Below are positions 7,817 through 18,388 of a stretch of DNA of 64,000 bases, in pieces. Every line of letters starts with the position of its first letter. The stretch's first letter is position 1. The stretch is from the NCBI GenBank assembly GCA_003220055.1, contig QHRF01000083.1:564-64563 (forward strand). Reading direction: 5' to 3'. The stretch is from Verrucomicrobiota bacterium. Its GTDB lineage: Bacteria; Verrucomicrobiota; Verrucomicrobiia; Chthoniobacterales; UBA10450. The notes below the pieces were generated by a model, which did no database searches, was not told where the DNA came from, and was given only the letters and a program-made list of their open reading frames with translations. The position numbers were made by a program, and so were the translations under genes.

Positions 7817-9418
7817 ATGGATGGACGGCTCGCCATCGATAGCGCGGTTCTCCTGCTTTATTTTTTCATCATCATTTTCATCGGCCTGCGCATGGGCCGC
7901 AAGGAGCGTGACCTGGAAGACTTCGCTCTCGGTCGCCGGCAAATTCCCTGGTGGGCAGTCCTCGCCTCGATCATCGCCGCCGAAACGAGCGCCGGCACTT
8001 TCTTCGGAACGCCCGGCGAAGGTTTTGCGCTGCGGAATTACACCTACATCCAGCTGGCCTTTGGCACGATCCTGGCCCGCATTCTCGTCAGCTACATTTT
8101 CATCAAGCCCTACTACGATTACAAAGTTTTCTCGATCTACGAATATCTGACCGCGCGGTTTGGCGTCGCGACCAAAAACGCCGCCTCCGCCGTTTTCATG
8201 TTCACCCGCTTGCTCGCTTCGGGCGCACGGCTTTACGTCGCCGCGATTGCACTCGTGCTCGCTTACGAAATGATTCGCGGCACGCGGCCGGGACAAACTG
8301 AAACCCTCCTCATCTACATCGGCGCGACGGTCGTGATCGTGATCCTGACTGCGATCTACACTACCATCGGCGGAATCAAGGCGGTTGTTTGGACCGATTT
8401 CATTCAAGCTTCCATCATGATGGGCAGCGCACTGGTTGCGCTTGGTCTGCTTTACAGCGCGATTCCCGGAGGCTGGCACAAAATCGCCGAGCTCCACGGC
8501 GGGTTTCATATGTCCGATATCATCACGACCGGGCTCGACCCCGCGAAAAGTGGTTGGGACAAATGGAAAGGCATGTTCGAAATCGAGTACACGATTTTTG
8601 CCGGACTCATTGGTTCGACGTTCATTACCATGGCTACGCACGGAACCGACCAGGACATGGTGCAGCGAATGTTGACGGCTGTGGACATTCGGCGGAGCCG
8701 GCGCTCGCTCGTTCTTTCTGGAATCGCCGACATCCCGATCGCACTTACATTTCTCAGCATCGGCTTGCTCCTTTGGGTTTATTACCAAACACACTTCGAC
8801 CCCAACCTTCCGAAATCGCCGAACGAGACTTTCTGCCATTTTATTCTCTACGAAATGCCGATCGGTCTGCGCGGTTTGTTGATCGCGGGAATCTTCGCCA
8901 CTGCCATGGGCTCGCTTAGCACCGCGATCAATGCACTGGCCACCAGTTTCACCCGCGATTGGTACGAACCTTACATTAATCCTGGCGCAACCGGCGAACA
9001 GAGCTTGCGCACCGTGCGTTGGGCAACGGTCGGATTCTCGTTCTTAATGATCGTGGTCGCATCGACCACATCCTATTTCGTGATCGTGCTGCCGAACGTC
9101 CGCATCATTCCGATTGTGCTCGGAATTTATGGCTACACTTACGGTTCTGTGCTCGGCATTTTCCTGGCCGGCATGCTTACAAAATCGCGCGGCAATAATC
9201 GCGGGAACATCATCGCCATGATTACCGGCTTTATCGTCGTCACGATTCTGAGCGACCTGCTGAATACGGTCGCGCGATTGTTCGGCAAAGTTGCTTACGT
9301 CAAGCCAGCCTGGCTTCCAACCATGGAATTTCCGTGGTGGATTTGCTTTGGAACAATCGTCACTTTTTCGGTGGCGATTCTTTTCCGGACTGGCCGCGAG
9401 CATCCCCCGCCAGCTTGA
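7817..9418 (+). CDS. Sodium:solute symporter family (SSF) transporter
   Basis: Polytopic membrane protein of about 530 aa with SSF-like segments (GRRQIPWWAVLASIIAAETSAGTFFGTPG; MATHGTDQDMVQR). ATG at 7817; the TTG at 7781 is an alternative start. Confidence 0.85.
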   Translation: MDGRLAIDSAVLLLYFFIIIFIGLRMGRKERDLEDFALGRRQIPWWAVLASIIAAETSAGTFFGTPGEGFALRNYTYIQLAFGTILARILVSYIFIKPYYDYKVFSIYEYLTARFGVATKNAASAVFMFTRLLASGARLYVAAIALVLAYEMIRGTRPGQTETLLIYIGATVVIVILTAIYTTIGGIKAVVWTDFIQASIMMGSALVALGLLYSAIPGGWHKIAELHGGFHMSDIITTGLDPAKSGWDKWKGMFEIEYTIFAGLIGSTFITMATHGTDQDMVQRMLTAVDIRRSRRSLVLSGIADIPIALTFLSIGLLLWVYYQTHFDPNLPKSPNETFCHFILYEMPIGLRGLLIAGIFATAMGSLSTAINALATSFTRDWYEPYINPGATGEQSLRTVRWATVGFSFLMIVVASTTSYFVIVLPNVRIIPIVLGIYGYTYGSVLGIFLAGMLTKSRGNNRGNIIAMITGFIVVTILSDLLNTVARLFGKVAYVKPAWLPTMEFPWWICFGTIVTFSVAILFRTGREHPPPA

Positions 9419-11186
9419 TCGCGAGATCACGCAGTTGCCGCGGATCGACGTCGGCTGGTGACTGCGTCATCAGATCCATCCCGCGATTATTTTTCGGGAA
9501 CGCCATCACGTCGCGGATCGATTCCGCACCGCAGAGAAGCATGACGAGCCGATCAAGTCCGAGTGCAATCCCGCCGTGCGGCGGCGCGCCCAGGCGCAGC
9601 GCGCGGAGCAAATGACCGAACATCGATTGTCGATCTTGCGCACTGATCCCAAGTGCTTCGAACATTTTCTCCTGCAACTGCGGCTCATGGATTCGCATGC
9701 TGCCGCCTCCAATCTCCACACCGTCGAGGACGACGTCGTAAGCTTCCGCACGGATCTCGGAAAACTTGTTCCCATCGTCCAGGAGCGAAACATCCTCAGA
9801 TTTGGGTCGGGTGAACGGATGATGGACCGCGTTCCATTTATTTTCTTCGGCGCTCCATTGCAGCAGCGGGAAATCCGTTACCCAGAGGAAGTCCCAGATG
9901 TCCGAGCCGGACGAGCCTTTAACAGAGGTGCCAAGCAAGTCCTGGATCTCGGCAACGCGTAACCGGATCCGCCCAAGCACTTCGCAGGCGATCTCCCATT
10001 TATCGGCGCCGAACAAAATGAGATCGCCTTCTTCGATTTTTAATTTCGACTTCAGCGCAGCTTTCTCGGCGTCGTTGAAGAATTTCACGATCGGCGATTT
10101 CCATTCGCCGTTCTCGACCTTGATGAAAGCAAGCCCTTTCGCGCCGAAAACCTTCGCCGTTTCCGTCAGCTCTTCGATCTGTCCGGTCGTGATTCCGGCA
10201 AAACCTTTCGAGTTGATCGCCTTGACCACGCCGCCCGCGTCGAGCGCGCCGCGAAAAACTTTGAAACCGCTTGCACGGAAATCGTCGCTCACGTCCACCA
10301 GTTCAACCCCGAAACGGCGATCGGGCTTATCACTGCCGAACCGGCCAACGGCTTCGCGATACGTCAGCCGATCGAACGGCGTTTTGATGTCGATGTTGCG
10401 GGCAACTTTGAAAATCGCCCCGAGCATTCCTTCGGTCAGCGCGAAAATATCGTCCGGAGTTACGAACGAGGCTTCGATATCGATTTGAGTAAATTCGGGC
10501 TGCCGATCGGCACGAAGGTCTTCGTCGCGAAAACATTTCGCGATTTGAAAATATTTTTCGACACCAGCGACTTGAAGCAATTGTTTGTATTGCTGCGGCG
10601 CCTGTGGCAGGGCGTAGAACTTTCCCGGCATCAATCGGCTCGGCACCAAGAAATCGCGCGCACCTTCCGGCGTGCTCTTCGACAAAATCGGCGTCTCGAT
10701 TTCGATGTAGCCCTGCGAATCGAGATAATCGCGCGTGGCCTTAGCGGCGCGATGACGGAGGCGCAGATTGCGCGAGAGCTCCGGCCGGCGCAGATCGTAA
10801 TAACGATAGGTCAGCCGCAGATCTTCGTTGTGGATCTCGGCATCGATCGGAAACGGCAAATCGGCCGCGCGATTGAGAATTCGCAACTGACTTGGAATTA
10901 ATTCGATTTCGCCGGTGGCGAGTTTTGAGTTTTCGGTCCCCGGCACGCGCGCCGCGACTTTCCCCGAAACTTGAATCACGTCTTCGCTCCGCAAACCGTG
11001 CGCTTCCTTCGCAAGCTGCGCGTTCTCTTCTGGTCGAAAAACAACTTGAGTGATCCCTTCACGGTCGCGCAGGTCGATAAAAATGACACCGCCATGATCG
11101 CGCGAAACGTGGACCCATCCGGCAAGGGTGGCGTCCTTGCCGATGTCTGTCTTGCGAAGTGAATTGCAGTTGTGCGTCCGGTACAT
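9360..11186 (-). CDS. aspS: Aspartyl-tRNA synthetase
   Basis: Starts MYRTHNCNSLRK. Class II motifs FRDEDLRADRQPEFTQID, GGGSMRIH and GIALGLDRLVMLL. The ATG at 11186 was verified in the sequence. Confidence 0.95.
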   Translation of the reverse strand: MYRTHNCNSLRKTDIGKDATLAGWVHVSRDHGGVIFIDLRDREGITQVVFRPEENAQLAKEAHGLRSEDVIQVSGKVAARVPGTENSKLATGEIELIPSQLRILNRAADLPFPIDAEIHNEDLRLTYRYYDLRRPELSRNLRLRHRAAKATRDYLDSQGYIEIETPILSKSTPEGARDFLVPSRLMPGKFYALPQAPQQYKQLLQVAGVEKYFQIAKCFRDEDLRADRQPEFTQIDIEASFVTPDDIFALTEGMLGAIFKVARNIDIKTPFDRLTYREAVGRFGSDKPDRRFGVELVDVSDDFRASGFKVFRGALDAGGVVKAINSKGFAGITTGQIEELTETAKVFGAKGLAFIKVENGEWKSPIVKFFNDAEKAALKSKLKIEEGDLILFGADKWEIACEVLGRIRLRVAEIQDLLGTSVKGSSGSDIWDFLWVTDFPLLQWSAEENKWNAVHHPFTRPKSEDVSLLDDGNKFSEIRAEAYDVVLDGVEIGGGSMRIHEPQLQEKMFEALGISAQDRQSMFGHLLRALRLGAPPHGGIALGLDRLVMLLCGAESIRDVMAFPKNNRGMDLMTQSPADVDPRQLRDLAIKLAGDARGQSGKESPPKK

Positions 11187-11188
11187 GC

Positions 11189-12445
11189 TCAAGCGGAACC
11201 GGAGATGTTGAAGAATTTTGCGACGCTGTCCAGCAGCGCGTCGCCGGCGATCAACGATTCCTCGCGGGTGGCGAGATTCTTCACTTTCACCTGCGGCCAT
11301 TCGTCGCCGTAAAGGAGTGTGATCCGCGCGCCGAGGTTTTCGGCGGTTTGGAATTGTTTGGGCACCTTGTCGGCCGTGAGCGGGTAATCGACGCGATAAC
11401 CGCGATCGCGGAGCTCCTGAATTTCCTCGAGCGCGTCAGGACGGCGTTGCTCCTTGGCAATGACAACATAGATGTCGATCTTGTTTTGCTCTTTTACGCC
11501 CGCTTCCAATTTCTCGCGGGCCGCGGCCCGATCACGAAGCAATTCACCGAGCACAACGTCGCCCATGGCGAAACCGAGGGCTGGCATCGAAACCGCGCCT
11601 TCGCTGAGTTGGCCGATCAGATTGTCGTAGCGTCCGCCACCGGCAATCGCTCGCAGTTTTCCAGCGCGATCGAAGACTTCGAAAACGGTGCCGGTGTAAT
11701 AAGCCAGACCGCGCACAATCCGAACATCAACATCGACAAAGCCAGCAAGTCCGCGCGCGCCAAGTCCATCCACCAGTCGGTCGAGTTTTCCGCTTCGACC
11801 ACCTTTGTCGAAGATCGAGAAGACTGGCTCGGCCAACTTGCCAAGTTTCTCCTCTGTTTTCTCGCGCGGTTCGCGGCCGGATTTGTCGATCGTCTGCAAA
11901 ACGTCTTCCCATTTTTCGGTCGGAAGTTCTTGTTGCCGCAAAAAATCAGTCCAGAACTCCCGGTCACTGATGCGAACAACGAAATCTTTTTCCGTCAGCC
12001 CGAAGGCACGCAAGATGTCGATGCAGAGCGCAATCAGCTCGATGTCAGCGACGAAATCGTTTTCGCCCATGATGTCACAGTTGAGTTGGTAATGTTCGCG
12101 CAACCGGCCGCGCTGTTGTTTTTCGTAACGAAAGAATTGACCGATCGAAAACCACTTGAGCGGTTTTTTGAATGCGCGCTCGTGCGCGGCAACGACGCGC
12201 GCCAGCGTTGGTGTCAGCTCTGGCCGCATCGACACTTCGCGATCGCCTTTGTCGGTGAAATTGAAAAGTTGATCGACAATTTCCGCGCCACTTTTCTTGC
12301 GGTAGAGATCGGTCGGCTCGAGCACTGGACCGTCCCATTCGACGAAACTGTAGCGGCGCGCGACTTCACGCCAGCGCGCAAAGATGTAATTCCGGGCAGC
12401 GCAGTGGTCGGGTAGGAAATCACGAAATCCGGGAAGCGCTTGCAT
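11189..12445 (-). CDS. hisS: Histidyl-tRNA synthetase
   Basis: MQALPGFRDFLP..., MRPELTPTLARVV, FRYEKQQRGRLREHYQ. Its stop lies 2 nt upstream of the aspS start. Confidence 0.95.
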   Translation of the reverse strand: MQALPGFRDFLPDHCAARNYIFARWREVARRYSFVEWDGPVLEPTDLYRKKSGAEIVDQLFNFTDKGDREVSMRPELTPTLARVVAAHERAFKKPLKWFSIGQFFRYEKQQRGRLREHYQLNCDIMGENDFVADIELIALCIDILRAFGLTEKDFVVRISDREFWTDFLRQQELPTEKWEDVLQTIDKSGREPREKTEEKLGKLAEPVFSIFDKGGRSGKLDRLVDGLGARGLAGFVDVDVRIVRGLAYYTGTVFEVFDRAGKLRAIAGGGRYDNLIGQLSEGAVSMPALGFAMGDVVLGELLRDRAAAREKLEAGVKEQNKIDIYVVIAKEQRRPDALEEIQELRDRGYRVDYPLTADKVPKQFQTAENLGARITLLYGDEWPQVKVKNLATREESLIAGDALLDSVAKFFNISGSA

Positions 12446-12569
12446 AATTTTCAAAGACCGATCGTGCGGCAGGGCGCGAAACAAGATTGCGGTCGAATAA
12501 ACGGCCGCTCCGAGAAGTCCAACCCATCTACAACAACGAGCATTTGGTTAACCAAAGCAGAGGACAACT

Positions 12570-12989
12570 ATGAAACAAACTACATTAGCGAAAATATTGG
12601 CGGTGGCCTGCAGTCTGGGCGTCGTAACAGCGATGGCTCAAACCTCGACCACAGTCACAACGAAAGATGCTGCGGCCGGAACGACCACTACAGAGACGAG
12701 TACGGCCACCAGCACAGGAACAATCAGCACCTACACCCCGGGAACGGATTACATCACGTTCCGCACCAGCACGGACGCGGCACCGGTGCGGTATTACTAC
12801 AGTAAGGACACGACGATTCTTGATCCGGAAGGCCATACCGTCACCTGGTCAGCGGTGCGTCCAGATCTGCCCGCAACGGTCTATTATACGCGGGACGGCG
12901 AACGCATGGTTGTCCGCAAAATCGTGCTGAGCAAGCCTACTGTGACCGAGAAAGAAACAACGACCACAACGACCACGCAAAAACCGTAA
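12570..12989 (+). CDS. Hypothetical secreted Thr-rich protein
   Basis: Signal peptide MKQTTLAKILAVACSLGVVTAMAQ, with Thr-rich N- and C-terminal tracts. Followed by a clear terminator. Confidence 0.65.
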   Translation: MKQTTLAKILAVACSLGVVTAMAQTSTTVTTKDAAAGTTTTETSTATSTGTISTYTPGTDYITFRTSTDAAPVRYYYSKDTTILDPEGHTVTWSAVRPDLPATVYYTRDGERMVVRKIVLSKPTVTEKETTTTTTTQKP

Positions 12990-13022
12990 TCGAAGCGGTT
13001 GGTAGTTAATTAGGACTCAAAC

Positions 13023-13054
13023 GCGCTCGCGAAGAAATTCGCGGGCGCTTTTTT
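13023..13054 (+). terminator. Rho-independent terminator
   Basis: 11-bp stem gcgctcgcgaa / ttcgcgggcgc (one G-U pair) with a 4-nt loop, followed by TTTTTT at 13049-13054. Confidence 0.75.
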
Positions 13055-14024
13055 AATCTTCATAGCCGCGCGGAAATTTTTGGTGCCATTTCCAGGCGCT
13101 CTCGATAATGGCGTCGAGGGATTGAAACTGCGGCTGCCAGCCAAGCTCTCTTTTAATTTTTTCCGAAGACGCGATTAAGCGCGGCGGATCACCCGGACGG
13201 CGTGGTTTTTCCACGATGTCGATGTTACGTCCGGTAATTTTGCTACAGGAATCGATTACGTCTCGGACACTCGCACCGCCACCGGTGCCGAGATTGTAAA
13301 AATCACCCCTGGTCGCGCTGAGCGCGAGGATGTGAGCGCGGGCAAGATCGACAATGTGAATGTAATCACGGATGCAGGTCCCATCCGGTGTCTCATAATC
13401 GGTCCCAAAAATCTCGACGTTTGGTTTCTGTCCGAGCGCAACCTTCAGAATATTCGGGATCAAATGCGTTTCGACGCGATGGTCTTCTCCAAATTTCGCC
13501 GAAGCGCCGGCCGCATTGAAGTAGCGAAGGGAAACGAATTTCAATCCGTGGATCTCGCCATACCAGCGGAGAATTTTCTCGAAGGCCAATTTTGATTCGC
13601 CGTAGGGATTGATCGGCCGGGGTGTCATCGCTTCATCAATCGGCACGCGCTCGGGCGGACCAAAGATCGCGCAAGTGGAAGAGAAAATGATCTTCTCAAC
13701 ACCTGCGGTGATCATCGCGTCGAGCAGATTGAGGCCGTTGGCGATGTTGTTGCGAAAATATTTCGACGGATTCTGCATCGATTCGCCAACGAGGGCGTTG
13801 GCCGCGAAATGCATGACCGCATCCGGCTGTTGCTTCGCCAGTATCTTCTCGATCAATTGCTGATCTACCAAATCGCCTTCGACGAATTCAGCCCGCGGAT
13901 CGAGCGCGCGACGATGACCTTCGCTCAGGTTATCGAAAATCGTGACGCCGTGGCCCTGGTCGAGCAATAGCTCGGCGCAAACGCTCCCGATGTAACCGGC
14001 GCCGCCGACAACGAGAATTTTCAT
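13053..14024 (-). CDS. galE: UDP-glucose 4-epimerase
   Basis: MKILVVGGAGYIGS Rossmann motif, the catalytic YGESK context (NPYGESKLAFE), 323 aa. Confidence 0.9.
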   Translation of the reverse strand: MKILVVGGAGYIGSVCAELLLDQGHGVTIFDNLSEGHRRALDPRAEFVEGDLVDQQLIEKILAKQQPDAVMHFAANALVGESMQNPSKYFRNNIANGLNLLDAMITAGVEKIIFSSTCAIFGPPERVPIDEAMTPRPINPYGESKLAFEKILRWYGEIHGLKFVSLRYFNAAGASAKFGEDHRVETHLIPNILKVALGQKPNVEIFGTDYETPDGTCIRDYIHIVDLARAHILALSATRGDFYNLGTGGGASVRDVIDSCSKITGRNIDIVEKPRRPGDPPRLIASSEKIKRELGWQPQFQSLDAIIESAWKWHQKFPRGYED

Positions 14025-14055
14025 TCTCGGGAAAATCGGCGGCCTGGGCCGTTAA

Positions 14056-14661
14056 TCAATCCAAAGTGCGACTGGATGAGGGCCGAGCCGAAGCTTCCTT
14101 AGAAGCGCTGGCCACCTTCGAGGCAGGAACGACGTTCTTTTTCCGAAGCGAAGCAATCATGCGTCGAGCGGTTTGATGTTTCGCGCGCGGGCCGAGCACT
14201 TTGAGGCTCTGCTCCTCAGAACCCCATTGCAGAATGTCGATGTCGACATTGCGCACACCCCAGCGTTTCATCTCCAGCTTGGTCGGCTTGTAAAGATCGA
14301 TCGTACTGGTACCGACTAGCGCCGTTCCGTAATCGTCGATGATAAATTCCTCCTGCGTACTACAGATTCGAAAGCGAGTCCCGAGCGGGAAGCGCGACCA
14401 ATCAGAGGCGGCGCTCATGACGTGATGACCCGAGAGATATTTGCCGAGCGCGTTTCGACGTCCGCCTTTTTCGATCCGCGTGTAAGCGGTGGTACGGACA
14501 TCGGGCATGCGACCAAGGTGCGAATTCGCGGCTTCGACAGCAGCCAAGGGCTTCTGCACTACAGCTTGTTCTGCGCAACCAACGAGAATACAACCAACAC
14601 CAAGAACTATTGTAAGGCTAAGGCTTCTCGACACTTGCAACACCGCGGCGTCAGACAGCAT
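14056..14661 (-). CDS. 3D-domain (MltA/RlpA-like fold) lipoprotein
   Basis: Lipobox-like LVGC after MLSDAAVLQVSRSLSLTIVLGVGCILVGC. 3D-domain-like RTTAYT...SAASDWSRFPLGTRFRI...IIDDYG...IDLY. The longest ORF reaches 14718. Confidence 0.7.
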   Translation of the reverse strand: MLSDAAVLQVSRSLSLTIVLGVGCILVGCAEQAVVQKPLAAVEAANSHLGRMPDVRTTAYTRIEKGGRRNALGKYLSGHHVMSAASDWSRFPLGTRFRICSTQEEFIIDDYGTALVGTSTIDLYKPTKLEMKRWGVRNVDIDILQWGSEEQSLKVLGPRAKHQTARRMIASLRKKNVVPASKVASASKEASARPSSSRTLD

Positions 14662-14747
14662 CGAAGGTCCACCCGGCAAGTACTTATTTGGTGAGAGGAA
14701 ACAGCCGACCCGAGGCACACCCCATTTAGCAGCAGACTACAGGCCAG

Positions 14748-15215
14748 TTACACGGGCGATTGTCGGGAAAATTCCGTCGTGCAATGCGGACAGCGGCTCG
14801 CCTTTACCGGGATCGTCATCGCACAAGCGGGGCACTCCTTTGTCACCGGTTCGGCGTGTTTGGGTTGCTTCAAGCGATTCATGGCCCGGATAAGGAAGAA
14901 AACTGCACCCGCGACAATCAGAAAATTGATGATCAACGTGATAAAATTGCCGTAATTCCAGGTAACAGCTCCCGCTTTGGCCGCGTCCGCCGGCGTGTTA
15001 AACGCGATTGAGCCGTCTTTCGCCGCGCGCAGCACGATGAACTTGTTTGAAAAATCGAGGCCGCCCGTGAGCAAACTGACCGGCGGCATGACAACGTCTT
15101 TAACCAGCGAATTGATGATCCCGCCGAAGGCAGCGCCGATGATCACGCCGACCGCAAGATCAACCGCGTTTCCCTTGATCGCGAACTCTTTGAATTCTTT
15201 CCAAGCTTTTTTCAT
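14748..15215 (-). CDS. mscL: Large-conductance mechanosensitive channel MscL with a C-terminal CxxC...CxxC extension
   Basis: [45 protein letters not shown] is canonical MscL. The tail is [24 protein letters not shown]. Its start overlaps the leuS stop (ATGA). Confidence 0.9.
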   Translation of the reverse strand: MKKAWKEFKEFAIKGNAVDLAVGVIIGAAFGGIINSLVKDVVMPPVSLLTGGLDFSNKFIVLRAAKDGSIAFNTPADAAKAGAVTWNYGNFITLIINFLIVAGAVFFLIRAMNRLKQPKHAEPVTKECPACAMTIPVKASRCPHCTTEFSRQSPV

Positions 15216-17752
15216 AGGACGATGTTTACCAGCTTCTTCGGAATCACGACGACTTTACGAATTTGCTTACCCGCAGTGAGCCCCTGAATTTTTGGGAGGG
15301 CAAGCGCGGCGTTCTTGATTTCCTCTTCGCTCGCCTGGATCGACATCTTCATTCGGTCTCGCACTTTCCCATTCACCTGAATCACGATTTCGACTTCGTC
15401 TTCGACCAGGAATCTTTCGTCGTAACCCGGCCATGGCTGTTCCGTGATTTGACCAGGCAACTTCAACTTTTCCCAGAGCTCGGAACTCAAATGGGGCGCG
15501 AAAGGATTGAGCAAGACAAGAAAGGGTTGCATTGCCGAGATCGGTATCGTTTGGGCAGTGGTAAACGCGTTCACGAAAATCATCATCTGTGAGATGGCGG
15601 TATTAAATGAGAGAGACTCGATGTCGTCGGTCACCTTCTTGATCGTCGCATGCAGGATTTTCCGCTGCGCCTTGGTAAGATCGACATCTTGCACCGCGGG
15701 CGATAATCCCCATTGGCCCGCCTGGTTCTCCGACATCATCAACCGCCAGACTCGGGCAAGGAACCGGGCAATCCCTTCCACGCCGCGCATGCTCCACGGT
15801 TTCATTTGCTCGAGCGGGCCCATGAACATTTCGTAGCAACGAAACGCGTCCGCGCCGTATTGCTCGATCACATCATCCGGGTTGACGATGTTGCCGCGCG
15901 ACTTCGACATTTTCTGATTGTCTTCGCCGAGAATGATTCCCTGATTGACCAAGCGCTGAAACGGCTCCGGTTTCGAAACGTAGCGAAGATCGAAGAGCAC
16001 TTTGTGCCAGAAACGCGCGTAGAGCAGATGGAGCACGGCATGTTCAGTTCCGCCCACGTAAAGATCGACGCCGCCCGGTTTGTCGCCGCCCATCCAATAT
16101 TTCTCGGTCTTCTCGCCCACGAACCGTTGATCGTTTTGCGGATCGCAAAAGCGCAGATAGTACCAACACGAGCCGGCCCACTGCGGCATCACGTTTGTTT
16201 CGCGCACGGCTTTCTTTGAGTAACGAATCCAATCCTTCGCTTTCGCCAGTGGCGGCTCCCCGGTGCCGGTCGGTTTGTAATCTTCCAATGCCGGCGGAAC
16301 CACCGGCAGCTCGCTTTCACCAAGCGCGCGATGTTTAGGCCCGTCCGGCTCGGACTCCCACACGATCGGGAACGGCTCGCCCCAATAGCGTTGCCGTGAG
16401 AAAAGCCAGTCGTGCAGTTTGTAGTTGATCGCGCGTTTGCCGAGCCCGCGTTCTTCCAGCCAGGCGGTGATTTTGCGAATGGCTTCGCGGGACCGGAGAC
16501 CGTCGATGATCGGGGAATTGATCGCGATGCCGTCGCCCACGAAACCGATCGGTTCTTCATCTCCCGGCGGCTGAACAACCCGGCGAATCGGTAAATTGAA
16601 TTTGCGGGCGAACTCAAGATCGCGCTCGTCATGCGCTGGCACGGCCATGATCGCGCCGGTGCCATAGCCGAGCAGAACGTAATCGGCGATCCAAATTGGA
16701 ATTTTCTCCTCGTTGACCGGATTGATTGCGTAAGTGCCGGTAAAAACGCCGGTCTTTTCCTTCGCCAGCTCAGTCCGTTCAAGATCGCTTTTGCGGGCAG
16801 TCTTTTCCCGATAATCGCGGACGGCCGGCCATTGCTCTTCGGTCACGATCAAATCGATCAGCGAATGTTCCGGCGCCAGCACCATGTAGGTGGCGCCGTA
16901 AAGCGTGTCCGGTCGCGTGGTGAATACCCGGATTTTTTTGTCGTCGATCTTGAAATCGACTTCCGCGCCTTCGCTTCGGCCGATCCAGTTTCGCTGGAAC
17001 AATTTGATTCCTTGCGGCCAATCGAGGCCTTCGAGTTCATCAATCAATCGCTCCGCGTAAGCGGTAATGCGCAACATCCACTGCCGCATCGGCCGTCTGA
17101 CGACGGGAAATCCACCGACCTCGCTTTTGCCATCAACCACTTCTTCGTTCGCCAAAACGGTGCCAAGCTCAGGACACCAGTTCACCAGCACATCGGCAAC
17201 GTAAGCGAGGCGAACTTCATCCGGATTCTTGCCGCGATAAGTCTTGATCGGCTCGGCCTTGTTCGTTTTCGGATTGAACCACGAATTATAAATCTGGAGA
17301 AAAATCCACTGCGTCCATTTGAAGTAACGCGGATCGGTGGTGTTGATTTCACGCTGCCAATCATAGGAGAAACCGATCCGCTTCAGCTGCGATTTGAATT
17401 TGGTAACGTTCTCGCGGGTGGTGACAGCGGGATGCTGGCCGCTCTTGATCGCGTACTGTTCTGCAGGCAGGCCAAAGGCGTCCCAGCCCATCGGATGGAG
17501 AACATTGAACCCGCGCATCCGTTTGTAACGCGCGATAATGTCGGTGGCCGTATAACCTTCCGGATGTCCGACGTGCAAACCGGCGCCGCTTGGATACGGA
17601 AACATGTCGAGCACGTAGAATTTCGGTTTGGCCGCGTCGAAATTCTTCGCGCCCGGATTCGGCGCGTGAAAAATCTGGCGCTCGTCCCAGATCGCCTGCC
17701 ACTTGGGCTCAATCTGGTCGAACGGATATGGTTTGCGGCGCTCGCTGCTCAT
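15212..17752 (-). CDS. leuS: Leucyl-tRNA synthetase
   Basis: 846 aa with a HIGH-type motif (HVGHPEGY) and KMSKS. Confidence 0.97.
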   Translation of the reverse strand: MSSERRKPYPFDQIEPKWQAIWDERQIFHAPNPGAKNFDAAKPKFYVLDMFPYPSGAGLHVGHPEGYTATDIIARYKRMRGFNVLHPMGWDAFGLPAEQYAIKSGQHPAVTTRENVTKFKSQLKRIGFSYDWQREINTTDPRYFKWTQWIFLQIYNSWFNPKTNKAEPIKTYRGKNPDEVRLAYVADVLVNWCPELGTVLANEEVVDGKSEVGGFPVVRRPMRQWMLRITAYAERLIDELEGLDWPQGIKLFQRNWIGRSEGAEVDFKIDDKKIRVFTTRPDTLYGATYMVLAPEHSLIDLIVTEEQWPAVRDYREKTARKSDLERTELAKEKTGVFTGTYAINPVNEEKIPIWIADYVLLGYGTGAIMAVPAHDERDLEFARKFNLPIRRVVQPPGDEEPIGFVGDGIAINSPIIDGLRSREAIRKITAWLEERGLGKRAINYKLHDWLFSRQRYWGEPFPIVWESEPDGPKHRALGESELPVVPPALEDYKPTGTGEPPLAKAKDWIRYSKKAVRETNVMPQWAGSCWYYLRFCDPQNDQRFVGEKTEKYWMGGDKPGGVDLYVGGTEHAVLHLLYARFWHKVLFDLRYVSKPEPFQRLVNQGIILGEDNQKMSKSRGNIVNPDDVIEQYGADAFRCYEMFMGPLEQMKPWSMRGVEGIARFLARVWRLMMSENQAGQWGLSPAVQDVDLTKAQRKILHATIKKVTDDIESLSFNTAISQMMIFVNAFTTAQTIPISAMQPFLVLLNPFAPHLSSELWEKLKLPGQITEQPWPGYDERFLVEDEVEIVIQVNGKVRDRMKMSIQASEEEIKNAALALPKIQGLTAGKQIRKVVVIPKKLVNIVL

Positions 17753-17764
17753 TGAATATCTCTT

Positions 17765-17788
17765 AGGAAAGCAGGAAAGCAGGAAAAG
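17765..17788 (+). repeat. Tandem octamer AGGAAAGC x2 plus AGGAAAAG directly upstream of the rdgB start
   Basis: aggaaagc aggaaagc aggaaaag aaa ATG(17792), in the 39-bp leuS/rdgB divergent spacer. Confidence 0.6.
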
Positions 17789-17791
17789 AAA

Positions 17792-18388
17792 ATGGATTTG
17801 CTCTTAGCCACTCGCAATCCGAACAAGACGCGCGAATTTCGCGAATTACTTGGACAAGCATTCGGCGTGATCGATCTCAGCTCGTTTCCGGAAATCGCGA
17901 CCCCGGAAGAAGCGGGCCGGACATCGGAAGAAAACGCAATTTTGAAAGCGATCGCCGCGTCGAAACAATTGCCGAGCCTCGTCATCGCCGATGATTCCGG
18001 TCTCGAGGTCGACGCGCTCGGGGGGGCGCCGGGTGTTTTTTCAGCCCGTTACGCTGGCGAAAATGCTGGTGACGTTTCGAACGTCGATAAATTGCTTCGC
18101 GAGTTACGAAAGCAAAACATCGCGACCGAAAAACGATCGGCGCGATTCCGGTGCGTTATCGCGCTGGCGCAAAACGGAAAGTTGCTGGGCGTGTTTGAAG
18201 GTTTTGTGGAAGGAAAGATTGTCGATCCACCGCGTGGAAGCGCCGGCTTTGGTTACGATCCGATTTTCGAACCAAAGGGATTCGACCAGACCTTTGCCGA
18301 GATCACGCCTGAATCGAAAAACAAAATCAGTCACCGCGGACAAGCAATCGCAGCCCTGCGGAAAGCTCTCCGCGAGATTGAAAATTAG
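17792..18388 (+). CDS. rdgB: Non-canonical purine NTP pyrophosphatase (RdgB/HAM1 family)
   Basis: [54 protein letters not shown]. Confidence 0.9.
   Translation: MDLLLATRNPNKTREFRELLGQAFGVIDLSSFPEIATPEEAGRTSEENAILKAIAASKQLPSLVIADDSGLEVDALGGAPGVFSARYAGENAGDVSNVDKLLRELRKQNIATEKRSARFRCVIALAQNGKLLGVFEGFVEGKIVDPPRGSAGFGYDPIFEPKGFDQTFAEITPESKNKISHRGQAIAALRKALREIEN

Noticed and set aside
11159-12415. 418-aa plus-strand ORF opposite hisS. Similar long antisense ORFs occur at 16631-17755 (opposite leuS), 49282-50187 (opposite the dehydrogenase), 7802-8839 (opposite the symporter), 34190-34831 (opposite glpX), 50775-51596, 57964-58788, 20337-21149, 24902-25639 and 2064-2750.
   Set aside because: Each lies fully inside a gene on the other strand that has unambiguous family motifs. 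Their translations are Arg/Gly/Ala-rich low-information sequences typical of shadow ORFs in GC-rich DNA.
18224-18232. Extra matches to the MITE terminal repeat: CGATCCACC inside rdgB, and GGTGGATCG at 41944-41952 inside the DUF3108-like gene.
   Set aside because: These are isolated 9-mers without the internal hairpin or a partner terminus. They encode conserved or ordinary residues, so they are chance matches.
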